Source: Blastocatellia bacterium
GTDB lineage: Bacteria; Acidobacteriota; Blastocatellia; UBA7656
NCBI GenBank assembly: GCA_963765495.1
Contig: CAVXWP010000007.1
Coordinates: forward strand, 791,650-855,649
Direction of reading: 5' to 3'
DNA length: 64,000 bases
Below the pieces are notes generated by a model that was not told the DNA's origin, ran no database searches, and worked only from the letters and a program-made list of their open reading frames with translations. Below, piece after piece: positions 11,411-20,391 of this stretch; within the stretch, counting starts at the first letter, position 1, and every line of letters starts with the position of its first letter. Made by a program: the position numbers and the translations under genes.

Positions 11411-12543
11411 TTTCTGACCTTTTCCAGTTTGTATTCGAGCATCTTCTCCTCCTCATCAAAGAGGAAGAGAATATGTAGATCATAAGTAGAGAAGCGGTTT
11501 CGCTCGATAGACGGGATCGTCGCGTAGACCAGTCTTTGCGTGACCGGCTCCGGGCTTTCTTCCTCGCGCACTTCGCGCTCAAAATAATCCGAATGCGAGA
11601 TGCCCTGCGAATCCAGAAATCTGATGACCTGTTCGACGGTTGAGCCTGTGGGAAGCTCGGTATCTATCAGTTTCTTGACCTCACTGATCTTTAATTTGTT
11701 TGGCTCCCCTTTGAGTTTTGGAATGCTGTATTTCTTCAGCCGCTTCCAGACAAGCACCATGCTGCCGTCTTCGTATTGTCTTACGACTCGAAAGGCCACA
11801 AGGATATTCGATCCTTCAAACTGGAGCCAGGCGAGCGTATCGGGGCGGATATAGATAAGGCCCGAAAGGGGATTTATAAAAAACTCTCGCTTATAGACGA
11901 CAGACCTTAAAACGTAGGTCGAATTGAGGCGCGCAGGTTGCGCGTTTCTGTAGGCGAAATTGCCCGTTTTGAAGCCTTCGCTATTCTTTTTCTTCTGTGC
12001 AAGTGAATCAGCGAACAGGGCGGGAGGATTGAAATCGGATAGGAATTCAACGCCGGGGCTTGTCGGCGTTACGGAGTCAAGCGGCACGTCGCCGATATTT
12101 GTGAGAATGCCAAACCCCCTACTTATAAACCCGGTCACAAATACGCCGTTATCTAACGCTATTTCAGACCACGGGCCAAATTTCTGTGTCTTTTCGGAAA
12201 AGGAATAAAATGCCCCGCCTCCTAATAACGGCAAGATGGTATCCGGGTCTCTGTTGACCGCGACGGTTCTGGAAAATTCATACTTGCCTTTTGGCAGCAG
12301 CCGAATTATGCCGGTATTATCCTGGCGAAGGAATTCCGCGAAGGCGGCTTTATCTTCGGGCAGAGGGGTCAGGAGTTGCTTCTGGGCCTCGGTCATCTTC
12401 TTGTCATAAAAACTCGGTCTGCGCCCGGTTTGGATGTTCGGGTTGGAGACCGACCCCGGACGTAGCTGCCCGAAGAGGAACGGAGATATAAAAAGAACCA
12501 GCGATAGCAGGGCTGCCATTTTCGTGAAAACGCATTTCGCCAT
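11407..12543 (-). CDS. Hypothetical exported protein
   Basis: 378-aa ORF with signal peptide, coupled to the downstream gene; no family recognised. Confidence 0.75.
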   Translation of the reverse strand: MAKCVFTKMAALLSLVLFISPFLFGQLRPGSVSNPNIQTGRRPSFYDKKMTEAQKQLLTPLPEDKAAFAEFLRQDNTGIIRLLPKGKYEFSRTVAVNRDPDTILPLLGGGAFYSFSEKTQKFGPWSEIALDNGVFVTGFISRGFGILTNIGDVPLDSVTPTSPGVEFLSDFNPPALFADSLAQKKKNSEGFKTGNFAYRNAQPARLNSTYVLRSVVYKREFFINPLSGLIYIRPDTLAWLQFEGSNILVAFRVVRQYEDGSMVLVWKRLKKYSIPKLKGEPNKLKISEVKKLIDTELPTGSTVEQVIRFLDSQGISHSDYFEREVREEESPEPVTQRLVYATIPSIERNRFSTYDLHILFLFDEEEKMLEYKLEKVRK

Positions 12544-12663
12544 GATGAAACCCTCGATTCATAAATAATAATGTGTGTTCGGGCCGGGTCAAATATCCGG
12601 CAAAGATCAGGGCAGATGAAAGCGCTCGCAGATGATAACGGAGTATCATCTGAGGGCAAAGGG

Positions 12664-13656
12664 CTAAGGTTTCTTGTTCTCCTTGATGTATTTCTGAAGT
12701 TTTTCTTTCTCGGCGTAATCAGGTTTCTTTGATAAAAACTGCTCATATTCGGCAGCGGCGCGGTCTTTCAATCCGGCAGCGTTATAAAGCGCTGCCAGTC
12801 GCAAATGGACTTCGGCCATGCCTAGCGGGTCGAGCCTTATTGCCTCGTTGAGATAGCCCACTGCTTTCGATCCCTTCTTGATCTGGAGGTAGGATTCGCC
12901 AAGCAGGTAATTGGCCTCCACCGATTTTGGTTCCTGTTTTACCGCCCGGTCCAGAATCTCGATAGCGCCTTCGTATTGCTTCTGTGACATCCGCACCTTC
13001 CCGATGTTGAGCATGGCCAGAAGAAAATCGGGCTTCTGCTCGAGGGCGCTCTGATAAGCCTTTTCCGAATCCGAATATTTCTTCTGCTTAAAATAGGCCG
13101 TACCGAGTTCTGACCATGCCTCGTAATCCTTTGCATCGGCGGCCACTATCTGCTTGAACAGAGAGATTGCCTGCGCATCATCTTTCGCGCGGCTGGCATC
13201 CTGAGCCTTAGTGTACAGGGTCTGGTTTGCCGGTGTTCGCTTGTAATATTCAACTCCGGCGGGAGCGCGATTTGCGTGCCATTCAAGAGCTATATCGCGG
13301 CGGGTGTCGGCCAGATCACGCGGAGACACTACCAGGCTCATACGCCCGATTTCGCGATTATCGGCTTCGACAGCTATATCGTACTGACCTGCTCCGAGGT
13401 TTATAAACCTGTAACGCCCGTGGTTGGTGATAGCCTGACGAGTTATGAACCGGCCGTCTTCTGTGTAGAGGATAATGTAATAAGTTTGCGGCGCGGTGTT
13501 GTCGGCCTGGCTTTCATCAATCGTCAGATCGCCGAATATTATGTGCGATCCGCCCTGCGCCCCGGTCCCAAGTGTACCGGCGTCGGCATTCTGATTCTGG
13601 CCTGCCGAGAACGCACCTGTGATCAAGCAGAGACAGAGTAGAAGTGATCGTTTCAT
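12664..13656 (-). CDS. Exported TPR-repeat protein with N-terminal carboxypeptidase-regulatory-like beta domain
   Basis: Signal peptide, GRYRFINLGAGQYDIAVE, multiple TPR helices (AWSELGTAY, ANYLLGESY). Confidence 0.85.
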   Translation of the reverse strand: MKRSLLLCLCLITGAFSAGQNQNADAGTLGTGAQGGSHIIFGDLTIDESQADNTAPQTYYIILYTEDGRFITRQAITNHGRYRFINLGAGQYDIAVEADNREIGRMSLVVSPRDLADTRRDIALEWHANRAPAGVEYYKRTPANQTLYTKAQDASRAKDDAQAISLFKQIVAADAKDYEAWSELGTAYFKQKKYSDSEKAYQSALEQKPDFLLAMLNIGKVRMSQKQYEGAIEILDRAVKQEPKSVEANYLLGESYLQIKKGSKAVGYLNEAIRLDPLGMAEVHLRLAALYNAAGLKDRAAAEYEQFLSKKPDYAEKEKLQKYIKENKKP

Positions 13657-13757
13657 GTGGCGATATTATCATGAGTTGATCGGTCGGCAAAACTAACCGG
13701 TTTCGGTTTATCGAAACATTGAGATCAAGAGTCAGAGCCGATTATTTCCCCGGAAAA

Positions 13758-13824
13758 GAGCTTTACGTGCTTTGCGCCTTTGCATAAGTCTATTTCTCGC
13801 AAAGACGCAGGACACGCAAAGCTC
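13758..13824. repeat. REP-like palindrome (CTTTGCG/CGCAAAG family)
   Basis: GAGCTTTACGTGCTTTGCGCCTTTGC ... GCAAAGACGCAGGACACGCAAAGCTC; related to 42812-42874. Confidence 0.7.
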
Positions 13825-13880
13825 CTTTATAAAGCAACCGGTTGTTTCCTACGATCTCGGCATGTCAATTTGCGAAGAAT

Positions 13881-14399
13881 TCACACCACGGTTTTCCTGT
13901 GCGCAAGCAACCTGAGTAACCCGTTGACTGCCAGATGAAGCAGCAGGTAAACGATCAATGCTACGATGTAGGAGAGCCTTAACTGCATAGGCCCGCTCGA
14001 CGGGTCGTGCACAAGACCTCGGAAAGGCGCGATCAGAGGCGAGGCAAGCATATCCACAAATTGCTTGAAGGCGTTTGAATCTCGGGCTCCTATAAGGTCA
14101 AGCACGATATCGAGACCTATGATTCCATAGATCAGATAAAAGAGATAATCAATATACTGCGAAACGCGGGCCACCCCCCTGGCTCGCTCGATTTCGGTTT
14201 CGGTTTCGACCACCTCTTTTACGGCCTTATGTTTGAATCGTTCAGCAACAGCATCTGCCTGCTCTTGCTCGACAGGGTCCAGACGGTCTGCGCTGCGCAC
14301 TATCTCCTGGTGCACTTCGTTACGGACTGCGCCCTTAACGGCTTCGTGCTGAGAAATTTTGCGGGCCTCGTCCACCGCCAGCTTTTCGTCTTCGATCAT
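13881..14399 (-). CDS. YggT-like membrane protein with charged N-terminal extension
   Basis: MIEDEKLAVDEARK...; C-terminal TMs with LDLIGARDSNAFKQFV...PLIAPFRGL; start moved from 14651 to 14399. Confidence 0.75.
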   Translation of the reverse strand: MIEDEKLAVDEARKISQHEAVKGAVRNEVHQEIVRSADRLDPVEQEQADAVAERFKHKAVKEVVETETEIERARGVARVSQYIDYLFYLIYGIIGLDIVLDLIGARDSNAFKQFVDMLASPLIAPFRGLVHDPSSGPMQLRLSYIVALIVYLLLHLAVNGLLRLLAHRKTVV

Positions 14400-14416
14400 A
14401 TCTTCACCTTTACCCG

Positions 14417-14695
14417 TCAAGAATACCTGCTTCTTGTAAACAGGCTGATTATGGCCACGAAAATGGCCGAGCCGATAATTGACCAGATGATTGGAAACCT
14501 CTGGCCTCCTATGTTGACCGCAAAGATTTCGGGCAATCCCAGCTTGCCGGCGAGCCATACGCCAAAGAGCGCGCCTATAAAACCCAGAGCTATTGATACG
14601 AGACAGCCTCCCCGGCTGAATCCTGCAATCGCCTGCCCGATTGCCCCGCAAATCCCCGCTACAAACAGTAAAACTAAAAATGACAGAAGGGTCAT
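14417..14695 (-). CDS. GlsB/YeaQ/YmgE (transglycosylase-associated) small membrane protein
   Basis: GGCLVSIALGFIGALFGVWL...IIWSIIGSAIFV; AGGAG RBS before ATG 14695. Confidence 0.85.
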   Translation of the reverse strand: MTLLSFLVLLFVAGICGAIGQAIAGFSRGGCLVSIALGFIGALFGVWLAGKLGLPEIFAVNIGGQRFPIIWSIIGSAIFVAIISLFTRSRYS

Positions 14696-14719
14696 TTCAC
14701 TCTCTCCTTTCACCTGAAC

Positions 14720-14735
14720 TGCAAAGCAGATGCCA
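14720..14735 (-). promoter_or_regulatory. Sigma54 (-24/-12) promoter for the GlsB-YggT pair
   Basis: Minus strand TGGCAT-CTGCT-TTGCA, 25 bp upstream of ATG 14695. Confidence 0.75.
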
Positions 14736-15002
14736 TCCCTGATACCAAAAACTTATTCTACTACTTTCAACCATTTACACGAGAGCCATCAAAAAAAATA
14801 TCTAAAATCGAACAGGTTTGAATTCGTCCTTCGGCTCTTTTTCGTACAGGCGGGCAGGGTCGTTTCGCCTGTCATCAATAGGGGCAGGGACCAGAGCAAT
14901 GCCGCAATATTACTTCGACATAAGCAACCTCTTTATTGCGGAGCCATGCACCGCTTTTTCATAAGCTACTGGAAATACATATATTTACCGGGTCTGTATG
15001 TC

Positions 15003-15018
15003 TGGAACGGGCGTTGCA
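15003..15018 (+). promoter_or_regulatory. Putative divergent sigma54 promoter
   Basis: TGGAAC-GGGCG-TTGCA (GG-N10-GC); a hairpin starts at the expected +1 (about 15030). Confidence 0.55.
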
Positions 15019-15207
15019 ATCAATAGAGGTGAGCCGCAACCCAATCCGAAAGGTGAAAGTAGCGGCTCAATTCCAAAGACGATGAGAGTCGTTTCGGTCT
15101 AACACGCGCACCGTTCTGATAAGCGGCGTGGCGCTCAGGGGGTGGCCAAAGTCATTGCCGGGCGTCGCGTCGCGCAGAGCGGAAAATTTGAACCCCCGGA
15201 GCGGATA

Positions 15208-15399
15208 TTGTTTGCGGCAATCATAGATGAGTCGGTGTGGCAATGTGGGTTGTTTGCGGTTCTGGTGATTTCATACGGGCTGGCGATTATGCTGGCGATA
15301 ATTACTGTTTTGAGAAAGGACGCAAGACAGGAGAAAGTGTCAAAGCAGGCGAATACGTATCGACATCAGAGCGTTCACAACCGAGAGAGGTCGCGATAG
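15208..15399 (+). CDS. Candidate small single-TM membrane protein (63 aa)
   Basis: GGAG 6 nt before TTG 15208; hydrophobic GLFAVLVISYGLAIMLAIITVL followed by RK and a basic tail. Confidence 0.4.
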   Translation: MFAAIIDESVWQCGLFAVLVISYGLAIMLAIITVLRKDARQEKVSKQANTYRHQSVHNRERSR

Positions 15400-15459
15400 C
15401 ACCAGGTTTATTGATAGCGCCAGATTTATTTGAGAGTTGAGATTTCAAATCTAGGAGTT

Positions 15460-15615
15460 TCCCGGGAAGGGCCAAAAGGCGAGCGGCCCTATGGAGAGGA
15501 AACCCGGGGATGAACGGCTGCGGGACGGGCAAGACCCGGACGGGCGCAAGATGGAAGCAGAGACTCACGCGCCCAATCGGGTAGCCGAGAGACGCCTGCC
15601 CGCCCGCAGTCGTTC
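15460..15615 (+). ncRNA. Candidate structured non-coding RNA of unknown family
   Basis: Two nested multi-stem hairpins (13-bp outer stem 15512-15524/15603-15615 plus three inner stems) with purine-rich loops. Confidence 0.4.
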
Positions 15616-15630
15616 CTATATCATCGTTTC

Positions 15631-16689
15631 CTACGGGGCCGCAGGGGCGAAATAGCCCTTACGATGGCGCACCGTTAGGTCTTTGCGGTCCTTCACCTTT
15701 AATTGAATCGTGCGGAACGAGCCGTCGGTTGCCTCGTTTGTAGGCTGGTAAGCCAGTATGTACTGCGACCGCAAATCTTCATCTATCTGCGCGAATGCCC
15801 GGTCGAGGTCTTCTTCATTTCGCGGAAAGAAGGCCCGCCCGCCTGTCTCGGAGGCGATCTTTTTCAGATCCCCCTCATCAATCCCGTATGCGCGGTCCCC
15901 TATGCCTATGGAATAGACGATCACTTCATTTCGCCACGTGCGTTCGATGGCGTCGCGCATCTTCACCTGGCTGGAAGTGTCCTGCCCGTCGGTGATGAGG
16001 ATTATCACGCGGCGTCCGGCCTCGCGTCTCAGTAAATCAGAGGCCGTCGCATAGATCGAATCATACATTGCCGTCGAGCCTGCGCCCGAGTTGTTTATAG
16101 GCGGTGTTCCCCCTCCGCCAATCATCGCCACTGACGGGGCGCTGATTGCTACGTCATCGAGAGCGCGATGGAGTTTTTCAACGTCTCCGGTCAGGTTCTG
16201 AACTAGCACGGATTCGTGCTCGAATGTGACCACGGCGGCTATGTCTTTGTTTGGGCGCAGCACTTTGCGAAAGAACCTCTGACCGGCAGCCTTTTCATAA
16301 GGCAGGGTATATTCCTGACTGCCGGAAATGTCTATCAACATCGCTATGGTGATGGGCAGATCCGTCTGGCGCTCGAAGGAGAAGACCTGCTGTGGTTTGT
16401 TGTCTTCCATTATCTCGAGATCGTCTTTTGTAAGATCGTTGATATAGCGATTCTTCTTATCGGTGACATTGAATGGAACAGTCACGAGTTGTGCGCCGAG
16501 TTTTAGAACCTGTCCGTCCTGTCCCGCATCGTCATCCTGCGCGGGATTTTCCTTGTCGGTCTTTTGTTGCCCGGTCGGGGATTTCGGTTTTTGTTGCTTT
16601 TCCTGTCCGGCGCTTGCGGTTGACACCACCTCGAGCGCCATCATGAAGATCAACACTATTGCGATTGAGTATGTCTTAATATGCTTCAT
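15631..16689 (-). CDS. Secreted acidobacterial VWA-domain protein
   Basis: Signal peptide, LVTVPFNVTD, MIDAS DISGS, T..YDS, ITDGQD, ETGGRAF, YILAYQPTN, end HRKGYFAP. Confidence 0.9.
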   Translation of the reverse strand: MKHIKTYSIAIVLIFMMALEVVSTASAGQEKQQKPKSPTGQQKTDKENPAQDDDAGQDGQVLKLGAQLVTVPFNVTDKKNRYINDLTKDDLEIMEDNKPQQVFSFERQTDLPITIAMLIDISGSQEYTLPYEKAAGQRFFRKVLRPNKDIAAVVTFEHESVLVQNLTGDVEKLHRALDDVAISAPSVAMIGGGGTPPINNSGAGSTAMYDSIYATASDLLRREAGRRVIILITDGQDTSSQVKMRDAIERTWRNEVIVYSIGIGDRAYGIDEGDLKKIASETGGRAFFPRNEEDLDRAFAQIDEDLRSQYILAYQPTNEATDGSFRTIQLKVKDRKDLTVRHRKGYFAPAAP

Positions 16690-17756
16690 TTTTTTACTTC
16701 TTCTGTCGGCGCATAGTAGCCACGGCGATGAATTATGCGTAAATCTGGCCGACCGTCGAGACGCAACTCGATGCGGCGGAATGAACCGTCGCGCGCCGTG
16801 TTTGTTGGTGAGTAAGCCAGTATGTATTGGCTCCGCATTTCGTTCTCTATCTGTCGAAAATCATCCAGCAAATCATCCGGGCCGTGCGGGAAGTATGCCC
16901 TTCCACCCGTTTCTGCGCTCAGTCTTCTGAGAATATCTTCGCGCACGCCTTCAAATCTGAAGCGGTCGCCTATGCCGATTGAGTATACGACAACGCCCGC
17001 GCGCCAGGCGCGGTCTATCGCCTCTTCAAGATTGCGACTGCTTGCGTTATCGACTCCGTCGGTCAGCAGGATTACGGCCCGCCTTGTGATCTCATCATCC
17101 GTACCGCTTGCCCGGGAAATGTCGTGGGCGAGGATTTCATCGGCTGTGATATAGACGGCATCATAGAGCGCCGTGGCCTGCTTGCGCGTGGACGAGGGGC
17201 CAAAGCGGCGCGCATATTCGACATCGTCGAATGCCCGTTTGAGCGTGTCTGTGCGCGAGGTAAGCCCCTGCACAAGCTCTACGTCATCCTGAAATGTGAG
17301 TATCGCCGCAGAGTCTTTGCCGGGTCTTATGATCGAGCGCAAAAATTCGTTGGCGGCAGCCCGCTCCTGCGGAAAGGTATATTCCTGACTGCCGGAAAGG
17401 TCCAGGAGAATGGCTATATTGATAGGAAGCGTCGATTCGCGTTTAAAGGTGAATACCTCTTGAGGTTTGCCGTCTTCAAGCACCGACACCTCTTCCGGGC
17501 GGATGTCGCTGACTATGTGGTTATTGCGGTCCACCACGGTAAATAGCAGGTTGACGAGTTCCGTGCCGAGTTTCAACGGCTCTTCGTTTCCGGCTATGTC
17601 ATCGTCTTTGTCGGACTGATCTTTGCCGGGGTTTTGCTTCTGTTGAGTCTTCGCATCCCCTCTGCGGTCTGATTTCTGCGCGGGTCTCGGTTTTTGCGCC
17701 GCCCCGGTCGAGGCCAGCAATGCTACTATCGCCAATGTCGCTATAGCGTTTCTCAT
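16686..17756 (-). CDS. Secreted acidobacterial VWA-domain protein
   Basis: Signal peptide, MIDAS DLSGS, TALYDAV, LTDGVD, HRRGYYAP; ATGA overlap with the next gene. Confidence 0.9.
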   Translation of the reverse strand: MRNAIATLAIVALLASTGAAQKPRPAQKSDRRGDAKTQQKQNPGKDQSDKDDDIAGNEEPLKLGTELVNLLFTVVDRNNHIVSDIRPEEVSVLEDGKPQEVFTFKRESTLPINIAILLDLSGSQEYTFPQERAAANEFLRSIIRPGKDSAAILTFQDDVELVQGLTSRTDTLKRAFDDVEYARRFGPSSTRKQATALYDAVYITADEILAHDISRASGTDDEITRRAVILLTDGVDNASSRNLEEAIDRAWRAGVVVYSIGIGDRFRFEGVREDILRRLSAETGGRAYFPHGPDDLLDDFRQIENEMRSQYILAYSPTNTARDGSFRRIELRLDGRPDLRIIHRRGYYAPTEEVKK

Positions 17757-17791
17757 ATATTGATCCGATCCTGTTACTGAAATTCAGGCAA

Positions 17792-18751
17792 TCAATAGGC
17801 GTATCCCTGCTTATAATGTAGACGCCCGTCAGCCGAGACAAGTTTTACTTTTATCTCGCGTTTCTTGCCGGTCTTGTCCTGATTCAGGGGCTCATAAAAA
17901 ATGACGTATTCCTGTCTGAGGTCGCGCGCCACCTGCGAGAAGGCCCGGAAGAGTTCCAGTTTCTGAGAAGGCAAAAACGTCTGCCCTCCCGTGGCTTCGC
18001 AAAGCTCTCGAAGCTTTTTATCATCGGACGAATCGGTCGTTCCCGCATCTATGCCCGTAAAATTCTTTGTGCTGATGCCGAATATAGTCACATCATACTG
18101 TTGCGCAAGGGCTATAGCCTCTTGCAGCGAATGCTCGCTGGCCGTGTCCTCGCCGTCGGAGAGCACGACAATAACGCGCCGGGCATCCGAATCATCAATG
18201 TTAGACATCTTCTCTTCGATCACGCGATAGATGCCGTCGTAGAGTTTGGTGTAGCCACCCGCCTTCAGTTTTCTGACCGCGCGAATGAGCAACTCCTGGT
18301 TATCGGTAAAATCCTGCTGCAACGATACCTCGGAATCAAAATTGGCAAGCAATGCCTTATCTTTACGAACAATAGAAATGATGGTCGAGATGAAGTCTTC
18401 GGCAGCGTCTTTTTCAAGCGGCAGTTTAAGCTTTACGCTATTGCTTGTGTCCATCAGCACGCCCACGCGAAGCGGCAGTTTGGCCGGCGAGAGAAACTCT
18501 TCGATCTTCTGCTTTTTACCGTCTTCATAAACCTCGAAATTCGCCCGGGTCAGCCCTTTAACAAAGCCGTCTTTGACCTTGACCGTTACAGGCAAACGCA
18601 CTTTTAATATGCCGATTTGCGTAACCTTTTCCTGTTCGGCCTGTGGTTTTTGCTGCCTGGTTTTATCGGTCTGTTTTTGCGCAACCCCAACCGCTCCAAC
18701 CAACAGAACGATTGATGCAAGCGGAATTGCAAATACTGATGCACGTTTCAT
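17792..18751 (-). CDS. Secreted acidobacterial VWA-domain protein
   Basis: Signal peptide, MIDAS DTSNS, TKLYDGI, LSDGED, ATGG. Confidence 0.9.
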   Translation of the reverse strand: MKRASVFAIPLASIVLLVGAVGVAQKQTDKTRQQKPQAEQEKVTQIGILKVRLPVTVKVKDGFVKGLTRANFEVYEDGKKQKIEEFLSPAKLPLRVGVLMDTSNSVKLKLPLEKDAAEDFISTIISIVRKDKALLANFDSEVSLQQDFTDNQELLIRAVRKLKAGGYTKLYDGIYRVIEEKMSNIDDSDARRVIVVLSDGEDTASEHSLQEAIALAQQYDVTIFGISTKNFTGIDAGTTDSSDDKKLRELCEATGGQTFLPSQKLELFRAFSQVARDLRQEYVIFYEPLNQDKTGKKREIKVKLVSADGRLHYKQGYAY

Positions 18752-18899
18752 AAGTTTTAAGGGAACCTCCGGCTACTCAGGTCTGATGTAATTGATATTT
18801 TTTACGATGCACGAGCAAAAAAAATTATAGAGGCCCGTTGGAAGGGGTGTCAATGAATGGCTTCATCGGTGAAAGGGTTAGGCGCGCTTTCAGCCCGCT

Positions 18900-19382
18900 T
18901 TAGCCTCGATCTTGTGGATCGGTGGACCTGTTCAATTGCCGGGTAGTGTGTTCGGTGACCGAAGGCGGCGGCGTGAGTTCGCCTGTTGTGCGTCGGGGAG
19001 ACTCGGGTGCGCGCGGCTCGACGGGCATACTCCTGTGCGGCGTCGTGGGCAAAGACGGCTGCCCGTATCTGGAGGCTACGACCTCTGCCACGCCTTTGCC
19101 GAGCAGAGAAAACGCCGGGATGAGCATCCACACGCCCCACCATTCTTTTGAAATCCACAGCGCGATTGCGACTATCAAAAAGGCCAGGCCGACAAACGAC
19201 TTGCTGATCCCGTTGGAGAGTCTGGAAGGACTGCCCTGCTCGAAATCTTTTTTTGAGTCGGGGTTGTCGGCTTCGGGCAACTGCCCGGACAATGCTTGCG
19301 GCACGAGGCTCAGGTTCGCCCCGCACGTGCGGCAGAACTTGGTCGTGTCGGTGTTTGATGATCCGCAGTTGGGGCAGTACAT
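18900..19382 (-). CDS. Zinc-ribbon domain membrane protein
   Basis: MYCPNCG...FCRTCG, two TM helices, C-terminal [13 protein letters not shown]; GGAGAGAGG RBS. Confidence 0.8.
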   Translation of the reverse strand: MYCPNCGSSNTDTTKFCRTCGANLSLVPQALSGQLPEADNPDSKKDFEQGSPSRLSNGISKSFVGLAFLIVAIALWISKEWWGVWMLIPAFSLLGKGVAEVVASRYGQPSLPTTPHRSMPVEPRAPESPRRTTGELTPPPSVTEHTTRQLNRSTDPQDRG

Positions 19383-19428
19383 AATCCCTTCCTCTCTCCT
19401 TCGAAGCTTATAACTTTCAGTTGAGTTT

Positions 19429-20388
19429 TTAAAGCACTTTAACGTCCTGACGAAGGTTGAACTCGACTTCTATATTCTGCCAGCAAGGAATCGCCACGCC
19501 ATCTTTCGTCCCCGGAGTGAACTTCAGCTTCTTTGCGGCTTTGACGGCTTCTTCGTTTAACCCGTAGCCCGGACCTGACAGCATTAGCACATCGATCACC
19601 TCGCCGTTTTCATTTATAGATACGGCCAATCGGACGATGCCGCTTATATGTGCATTACGCGCCCTGTCCGTATATGAGGGGAAGGGCCTATTGACCGGGA
19701 TCGGCGTCTTATAGGTCGCGTCTTTTTTCTCAGCCGAAAAGGCGACGAAACTCCTGAACGCCTCGACCTGTTTTCGCAACTCGGCGACTCCCCCGTCGTC
19801 CGGGAACAATTGAAGCGCCTTTTCATAAGATTCCAATGCACGCGCATACTGCTCTTTTCTTTTATCGCCGCTCTCTTCGGGTTTGTATAAGAGACTGAGA
19901 TCGCCTTTCAATTTGTAGGAAGGCGCATAGTTTGGATACTGCCCGATAGCTATCTCCACCTCCTTGTTTGCTTCGGCGACGTCTCCGGTTTCGGCAAAAA
20001 GTTGCGCAAGCAGATAATGCGCCTCCGGATAATCCGCCTGAATCTTTATGGTCTTCTTAACATGCTCCAGAGCCTTTTCCAATTTTTCCTCGTGCCAGTA
20101 AATGCTTGCAAGCATCAGATGGGCCTGCGGCAAATCCTGCTCGATCTTCAATGCCTGCTCGAACGCTTTCCGGGCCGATTTGAAATCTTTGTCTTTGTAA
20201 GCCTCCAATCCCTTTGAAAGAAATTGCGAGGCGGCCTCCTGTTTGGGCGCGTTCTGTTTGGGCGCGTTCTGTTTGGGCACGCCCAAACAGAAGGCCGCCT
20301 CACCGAGAGCAGGTGATAACGCGAACGCGAGACCTGCGATCAGCGCCATCGCGCACAGCTTGACCGTTTTGAAACCGCTGCCCATCAT
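19429..20388 (-). CDS. TPR-repeat plus TonB C-terminal domain protein
   Basis: N-terminal hydrophobic segment, TPRs, then [18 protein letters not shown]...[14 protein letters not shown]. Confidence 0.85.
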   Translation of the reverse strand: MMGSGFKTVKLCAMALIAGLAFALSPALGEAAFCLGVPKQNAPKQNAPKQEAASQFLSKGLEAYKDKDFKSARKAFEQALKIEQDLPQAHLMLASIYWHEEKLEKALEHVKKTIKIQADYPEAHYLLAQLFAETGDVAEANKEVEIAIGQYPNYAPSYKLKGDLSLLYKPEESGDKRKEQYARALESYEKALQLFPDDGGVAELRKQVEAFRSFVAFSAEKKDATYKTPIPVNRPFPSYTDRARNAHISGIVRLAVSINENGEVIDVLMLSGPGYGLNEEAVKAAKKLKFTPGTKDGVAIPCWQNIEVEFNLRQDVKVL

Positions 20389-20391
20389 TGC

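Noticed and set aside
15030-15130. c-di-AMP (ydaO) or c-di-GMP riboswitch, suggested by AATCCGAAAGG
   Set aside because: The remaining conserved blocks of either aptamer are absent.
15542-15574. SRP RNA (GGAAGCAG motif) or 6S RNA identity for the structured region
   Set aside because: Lacks the CAGG..CC-GGAA-GG helix-8 context of SRP RNA and a clear large central bubble as in 6S; kept only as an unknown candidate.
20240-20278. 15-bp tandem repeat (PKQNA x2.5) in TPR-TonB, and the (TTC)n Lys run near 29609-29632
   Set aside because: In-frame low-complexity linker expansions; unit lengths are multiples of 3, so they are not phase-variation switches.
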